NCBI GenBank assembly: GCA_964520295.1
Contig: CAZFMQ010000002.1
Coordinates: 50,379 to 114,378, forward strand
DNA length: 64,000 nt
Direction of reading: 5' to 3'
Origin: an uncultured Candidatus Saccharibacteria bacterium
Lineage (GTDB): Bacteria > Patescibacteriota > Minisyncoccia > Phycocordibacterales > EsbW-18
Positions 59,504 to 64,000 of the stretch are shown piece by piece (the stretch's first letter is position 1; every line of letters begins with the position of its first letter). The notes under the pieces were generated by a model, which worked only from the letters and a program-made list of their open reading frames with translations, had not been told where the DNA came from and made no database searches. A program made the translations under genes and the position numbers.

Positions 59504-59713
59504 TTATGAATGGGACTTCAGATAATTGATAATGTCTTCCTTTCGGTATCTTCGCACTCGTTTCGCACCGATGCGGATGGCTGGAAGTGTGCCATTGTTA
59601 TCCCACTGGCGGAGCGTGTTCGGATGGACCTTCAGCAAATCACACGCTTCTTGCAGTGTCAGAAGTTCTGGAACTTCCTCCTGTTCTTGCTTTTTATCGC
59701 TGTTATTTATCAT
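59504..59713 (-). CDS. Excisionase/AlpA-like helix-turn-helix DNA-binding protein
   Basis: LLTLQEACDLLKVHPNTLRQWDNNGTLPAIRIGAKRVRRYRKEDI is an HTH_17/Xis-type motif. It lies upstream of mod-res. Confidence 0.6.
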   Translation of the reverse strand: MINNSDKKQEQEEVPELLTLQEACDLLKVHPNTLRQWDNNGTLPAIRIGAKRVRRYRKEDIINYLKSHS

Positions 59714-60039
59714 AAAAATTGATTGATTTTCTACTTACCTTTTGATACCATTATCTTACAGTATTTTGCCTTTTGAAGCAAAATTGCCCTGTAGATAAAC
59801 ATTACTATTACTATGAAACTGGGAGTAAAAATCAAAGAAAGAATAGCAAGAACGATTGCCGAACACTTTACTACAAATGAGATAGTAAATGTTTTTACAG
59901 ATGCAAACATCACTACAGACAAATCTCTTTATGCAAAATGGCGAGAATAAAAAGGGACTTTTTCATATACCAAAAGTATACAACATTGGGCAGGTGATGC
60001 TATATACAACTGAACATCCCCACGAGTGAGAAATTGGCA

Positions 60040-60516
60040 CTAATCTAGACCACCTTTATATGGACTAGGATCATTGGCGCATTTTGGATTATCACCTGAT
60101 ACCTGAGAGGCTATTGAAGCGGCAAGTTCATTATCAGGTTCTCTAATCGCTATATGATATGCCGCCGCTCCTGCATCAAAGCAGTGTCCAATCTCAAACA
60201 GAGCCAAGGCATGTGCAGACCAAAAATGAATATCCTCCCACACTAAATCTCTATAATTTTCAATTCCGTCATTGGTAACTTTGACAACCATATCCCAATC
60301 TTTATTTTCTACAAGATAATCAAGGAAAGGAAGTACCTCATCTAGATCGCCTTTCGTGTAAGGATTTTTATTGGAATCTGATTCTTCTGATAACCCAATT
60401 GTCTCAGAAGTATCAATCGGTACGGAAGATATTGAATAGTTTGAGTACTTCCATACAAAGAATCCCACAACAATCAACAGAACTACAACGCCAGAGATAA
60501 TCGAACCTTTCTTCAT
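60040..60516 (-). CDS. Membrane-anchored hypothetical protein (island)
   Basis: An N-terminal TM helix (IISGVVVLLIVVGFFVW). No recognisable motifs. Confidence 0.4.
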   Translation of the reverse strand: MKKGSIISGVVVLLIVVGFFVWKYSNYSISSVPIDTSETIGLSEESDSNKNPYTKGDLDEVLPFLDYLVENKDWDMVVKVTNDGIENYRDLVWEDIHFWSAHALALFEIGHCFDAGAAAYHIAIREPDNELAASIASQVSGDNPKCANDPSPYKGGLD

Positions 60517-60558
60517 ACCCCTGATTATAGCTGCTTGATTCAAAATATGCTAAATATG

Positions 60559-60630
60559 CTCCGCGGGTAGGATTCGAACCTACGACCAACTCCTTAACAG
60601 GGAGCTGCACTACCGCTGTGCTACCGCGGA
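60559..60630 (-). tRNA. tRNA-Asn (anticodon GUU)
   Basis: The reverse complement folds as a cloverleaf: acceptor UCCGCGG/CCGCGGA, D-arm GCAC-AGCGGUA-GUGC, anticodon stem GCUCC/GGAGU with loop CUGUUAA, T-arm GUAGG-UUCGAAU-CCUAC, discriminator G. Confidence 0.85.
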
Positions 60631-60803
60631 ATGTAAAAACATCCGGAGAAAAGTATACCGTTTTTTTGCGAAAAAACCAGTCCCGTGGTATATTCTAACC
60701 GTCTTATGCAAAGGGGTAAGACATTATTTATTAGTAACCAAAGCCAATAGATGCCGTCGCATGACGGGACATCAGCTGGGCTTGCGCCCTTTTTTACGTT
60801 TCT

Positions 60804-61895
60804 ATGTCAGAAGAACAAAATACACAACAGGAGGCAGATCTGAGCCCTATGGGGAAAATGCTTGCAGAAAGCAAGAATCCTCCTGTGCTCGGCGACATTG
60901 TTGAAGGACGTGTTGTCGCACTACACAAATCATCAGTTATTGTAGACATTCCACCATTTGGTTCAGGAATTATCTACGGTCGCGAATACAACAACGCACG
61001 CGACATCATTAAAAACATTGCCATCGGCGATGAAATTACCGGTACCATTGTTGAAACAAACAATGAAGACGGTTACTACGAACTTTCACTCCGCGAAGCA
61101 CGCCAAGCAATTATTTGGAGCGACGCAGAGCAAGCAGTCAAAGAAAAGAAAACATTCGTACTCCCTGTTAAAGAAGCAAACAAGGGTGGTCTTATTATTG
61201 AATGGCAAGGTATTGTGGGCTTCCTCCCTGCGTCACAGCTCGGCAAAGAGCACTACCCACGCGTTGATGGTGGCGACAAAGACCGCATCTTTGATGAGTT
61301 GCAGAAGCTCGTTGGTGAATTACTCACGGTAACGATCATCACCGCAGATCCAAAAGAAGGAAAACTCATCTTCTCTGAGAAAGGCATGGTGGAGAAAGAG
61401 AAAGAGGTACTCATTGAGAAGTATCAGGTTGGTGATGAAGTTGAAGGCGAAATCACCGGTATCGTGGACTTCGGTGTCTTCATGAAGGTGGAAGACGGAC
61501 TTGAAGGTCTTGCACACATCTCTGAATTGGATTGGGGGCTCGTGGAAGATCCGCGAAAACTCTTCACTGTTGGACAGAAGATGCGCGCAAAGATTATTGA
61601 GATCAAGGACGGCAAAGTATCCCTCTCAATCAAGGCGCTCAAAGAAAACCCATGGTCATCTGCTGGTAAGAAGTACACGAAAGATGATGTCGTACAAGCG
61701 GTTATCATCAAGTACAACAAGCATGGCGCACTCGCATCAGTTGAAGAAGGTGTTGCCGGTTTGGTGCACGTCTCTGAGTTTGAATCAATTGATAAACTCC
61801 GCGAAACACTTCAGCTTGGACAATCATACGCATTCAAGATCAATCTCTTTGATCCAAAAGAACAGCGCATGACACTCTCATACGTTGCAAAATAA
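60804..61895 (+). CDS. rpsA: Ribosomal protein S1-like protein (four S1 domains, short form)
   Basis: Repeated S1/OB motifs (GDIVEGRVV..., GEITGIVDFGVFMKV, VQAVIIKYNKHGA...). Confidence 0.7.
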   Translation: MSEEQNTQQEADLSPMGKMLAESKNPPVLGDIVEGRVVALHKSSVIVDIPPFGSGIIYGREYNNARDIIKNIAIGDEITGTIVETNNEDGYYELSLREARQAIIWSDAEQAVKEKKTFVLPVKEANKGGLIIEWQGIVGFLPASQLGKEHYPRVDGGDKDRIFDELQKLVGELLTVTIITADPKEGKLIFSEKGMVEKEKEVLIEKYQVGDEVEGEITGIVDFGVFMKVEDGLEGLAHISELDWGLVEDPRKLFTVGQKMRAKIIEIKDGKVSLSIKALKENPWSSAGKKYTKDDVVQAVIIKYNKHGALASVEEGVAGLVHVSEFESIDKLRETLQLGQSYAFKINLFDPKEQRMTLSYVAK

Positions 61896-61963
61896 AGAAT
61901 GCACAAGAAAATACCCCGCCCCGCCATGTACACATGGCGGGGCGGGGTATTTTTGTATTCCCA

Positions 61964-62560
61964 CTAATTGTATTCCGTCATCGCGCGCGCCTGACCATCA
62001 GTTACCAGCATCATCAATGCCTCGTGCGCGCGTTTGAAAATTTTTTTGAGATCTGCCTGTTCTTCTTTTTTGAACGTACCGAGTAAAAACTTTAGCACCT
62101 TTTCTTCCCCTTTCGGTTTTTTCGCCACCCCCTTCGCATTCTCTGGCGACACACCAATGCGAATACGTACAAACTCGCGTGTTTTGAGTGCTTTGATGAC
62201 AGAATCCACACCACGGTGTCCACCCGAACCTCTATCAAATGAAAGTTTGATAGTACCCAACGGCAAATCAATATCGTCATAAACGACAACGATATGTTCC
62301 GGACGAACCTTACGCGTTCTCGCCACATACGCCACCGCACTTCCCGACTTGTTCATAAAGGTATCGGGAAGTGCCAATAGTAGCTCGTGTGCACCCTTTT
62401 TTCCCTTCACAAACTGCGCGTCCGCCTTTTTTTCGTATTCCCACGCACCAAAATCCTCATGCTCACGTATAAAATCAACACACAACCGACCTGCATTGTG
62501 CCGCGTGCGCTCATATTCTGCTCCTGGGTTGCCCAAACCGACAACAAGAAAGGTTGTCAT
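61964..62560 (-). CDS. pth: Peptidyl-tRNA hydrolase
   Basis: LVVGLGNPGAEYERTRHNAG is the Pth signature. The start is at the internal ATG MTTFLVVG. Confidence 0.85.
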   Translation of the reverse strand: MTTFLVVGLGNPGAEYERTRHNAGRLCVDFIREHEDFGAWEYEKKADAQFVKGKKGAHELLLALPDTFMNKSGSAVAYVARTRKVRPEHIVVVYDDIDLPLGTIKLSFDRGSGGHRGVDSVIKALKTREFVRIRIGVSPENAKGVAKKPKGEEKVLKFLLGTFKKEEQADLKKIFKRAHEALMMLVTDGQARAMTEYN

Positions 62561-62679
62561 ACAGCACTCATTGTAGTGGTGCGCGCACAGAGCGTCAATG
62601 AAACACAAAAAAGTGTTACAGCACGATACAAAATCTTGCGTCAAGAGTTAGAGAAGCATACAATACTCAACAAATAAAA

Positions 62680-63300
62680 ATGGATTCGTACGCACACAAC
62701 GAAACGACACCAACAACACCCACACGCAAAAGTGGTGTACGCATTTTTTTCTCTGAACTCATTCGTTTTGTACTCATTGCAGTGTTCGTCGTGCTTCCTA
62801 TCCGCGTATTTATCGCACAACCGTTCATTGTGTCAGGTTCTTCCATGGATCCGACGTTTGAAAACGGTGAATACCTCATCGTGGACGAGATTTCATACCG
62901 CTTCGACGAACCAGAGCGCGGTGATGTCATTATTTTCAAGTATCCGAAAGACCCGTCAAAGTATTTCATTAAACGCATTATTGGTCTGCCAGGCGAAACG
63001 GTCACCATCTCTGCAACACGCGTGCACATCACCACCAGCAAGGGCGAGGAATTGGATGAACAAATCATTCTTGATGAAGCATATCTCTCGCATCCAACCT
63101 TGGGTAGCTCCTCACTAACTCTTGATGCCGATGAATACTTCGTCATGGGAGATAATCGACCTGCAAGTTCTGACTCACGCATCTGGGGACCGCTACCACG
63201 CGATCACATTATTGGGCGAGCACTCGTGCGATTGTTGCCGATTGGAAGGGTTGGTGTATTCCCCGGCAAACACATTTACGCAGAAACAGATACACAATAA
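62680..63300 (+). CDS. lepB: Signal peptidase I
   Basis: An N-terminal TM helix, catalytic Ser (GSSMDPTF), Lys (KRIIGLPGE) and the GDNRPASSDSR box. Confidence 0.85.
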   Translation: MDSYAHNETTPTTPTRKSGVRIFFSELIRFVLIAVFVVLPIRVFIAQPFIVSGSSMDPTFENGEYLIVDEISYRFDEPERGDVIIFKYPKDPSKYFIKRIIGLPGETVTISATRVHITTSKGEELDEQIILDEAYLSHPTLGSSSLTLDADEYFVMGDNRPASSDSRIWGPLPRDHIIGRALVRLLPIGRVGVFPGKHIYAETDTQ

Positions 63301-63312
63301 TTCATACACATC

Positions 63313-64000
63313 ATGGCGCACACAGTACAAAAAAAACGTACACATACATCTGAAGATGCATCCTACGGATACGAAGGTGATCTCAAGCGCGCCATTGATG
63401 TTGCTAATCACTATGGGTTCAACCTCTCCCGTCCCCTTGAACTCATCAAAGACGACCGACTCTGTGAAGAAAAGCACGCGTGCCCAGCGCATCACGTTGC
63501 AGCACTCCGCACTTTTGCTACAAATGACATACACCACGGTAATGTCGTGCTTGCGGCACACACGCGCCGCGTACCGTACAAAAAAAATCTTGAGTTACGC
63601 CTAGAAGTCATTGGTGATAAAGAAAGCTCAGCAGAAGGTCTTCTCTTTCAAACCGTGCAAGCGATTTTGAATGAGTATGGGTATCGTGACCTCTCTATGA
63701 CCATCAACTCTGTGGGTGGACGCGAATCAGTCAATGCATATACACAGGCACTCACCGCATTTTATCGTTCACGTTTAGGCGATTTGGAAGCATCGTGTGG
63801 AGAGGCGTTCAAGGAAAGTGTCTTCGCACCGCTCCGTTGCTCGCATCAACGCTGTCAGGAAATCCGCAATGATGCGCCACAATCACTCAACTATTTATCC
63901 GAACAAAGCCGTATCCACTTCAAAGAAGTACTTGAGTATTTAGAATCATTGGAAATCCCATACACGGTTGATCCATTCTTGATTGGACCAGAACAGTACA
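63313..64000 (+). CDS. HisRS-like class II aaRS paralog with degenerate N-terminal catalytic motifs (partial; continues beyond window)
   Basis: LELRLEVIGDKESSAEGLLFQTVQAILNEYGYRDLSMTINSVGG...NDAPQSLNYLSEQSRIHFKEVLEYLESLEIPYTVDP aligns closely with the HisRS/HisZ insertion domain and motif-3 approach. Motifs 1 and 2 are not recognisable. Confidence 0.55.
   Translation, partial: MAHTVQKKRTHTSEDASYGYEGDLKRAIDVANHYGFNLSRPLELIKDDRLCEEKHACPAHHVAALRTFATNDIHHGNVVLAAHTRRVPYKKNLELRLEVIGDKESSAEGLLFQTVQAILNEYGYRDLSMTINSVGGRESVNAYTQALTAFYRSRLGDLEASCGEAFKESVFAPLRCSHQRCQEIRNDAPQSLNYLSEQSRIHFKEVLEYLESLEIPYTVDPFLIGPEQY

Larger units (their letters stand above)
54330..60550. mobile_element. AT-rich (about 35% GC) genomic island adjacent to 3' end of tRNA-Asn, carrying Type III R-M system and accessory genes; no integrase detected
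   Basis: There is an abrupt GC drop starting downstream of the YdeI-like gene and ending at the tRNA. The gene content (mod, res, excisionase-like HTH, hypotheticals) is all on the minus strand. Confidence 0.55.

Noticed and set aside
59813-59950. 46-aa plus-strand ORF (MKLGVKIKERIARTIAEHF...) divergent from the island HTH gene
   Set aside because: It is too short, without SD or recognisable motif. It may be a real small regulator, but the evidence is insufficient.
54330-60550. Integrase/recombinase gene within the island
   Set aside because: None of the island ORFs shows tyrosine or serine recombinase motifs. Only an Xis/AlpA-like HTH is present.
1-64000. CRISPR arrays and rRNA genes
   Set aside because: No regularly spaced direct repeats with unique spacers were seen. 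There is no sequence resembling conserved 16S/23S/5S segments.

Overview
This 64 kb window is a bacterial chromosomal segment densely packed with information-processing and cell-envelope housekeeping genes. It has a small-genome, possibly CPR/Patescibacteria-like flavour, but that cannot be confirmed from sequence alone.

Housekeeping genes identified:
- Translation and tRNA: alaS (partial), hisS, thrS, mnmA, trmD, pth, def-fmt, hpf, rpsP, rpmF and an S1 protein.
- Transcription and replication: rpoB-rpoC-dnaG-rpoD in one co-directional run, dnaE, a priA-like gene, a holB-like gene, rnhB, rnc, rnr and an SMC gene.
- Envelope and other: nrdJ with a PduO-type adenosyltransferase, murA, murB, mreB and lepB.

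Native genes are about 45-48% GC and mostly lack Shine-Dalgarno (SD) sequences. A recurring TGCTATACT-like -10 element often sits only 5-45 nt upstream of start codons, which suggests leaderless or short-leader mRNAs.

Superimposed on this backbone are at least five compact islands of much higher GC (about 57-65%). Each carries a strong canonical SD and a strong hairpin terminator:
- PIN-PhoH (PhoH2-like) at 3218-4654.
- A two-gene cassette at 10398-11059.
- Small ORFs at 36607-36885 and 50313-50528.
- An ORF at 42940-43533.
These look like recently acquired foreign DNA.

Separately, an AT-rich segment of about 6 kb (roughly 54330-60550) abuts the 3' end of a tRNA-Asn(GUU) gene. It carries a complete Type III restriction-modification system (mod, res), an excisionase-like HTH protein and several hypotheticals. 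This is a classic tRNA-associated genomic/defence island, although no integrase is present.

Other points of interest:
- An ATP-cone-Mrr-type nuclease fusion.
- A NusB-Nudix fusion protein.
- A PriA with degenerate Walker A/B motifs.
- A tandem active/inactive M14 carboxypeptidase pair.
- A SET-domain protein.
- A second, degenerate HisRS paralog at the window end.
- Several structured non-coding elements.

No rRNA or CRISPR array was seen. One tRNA was found.
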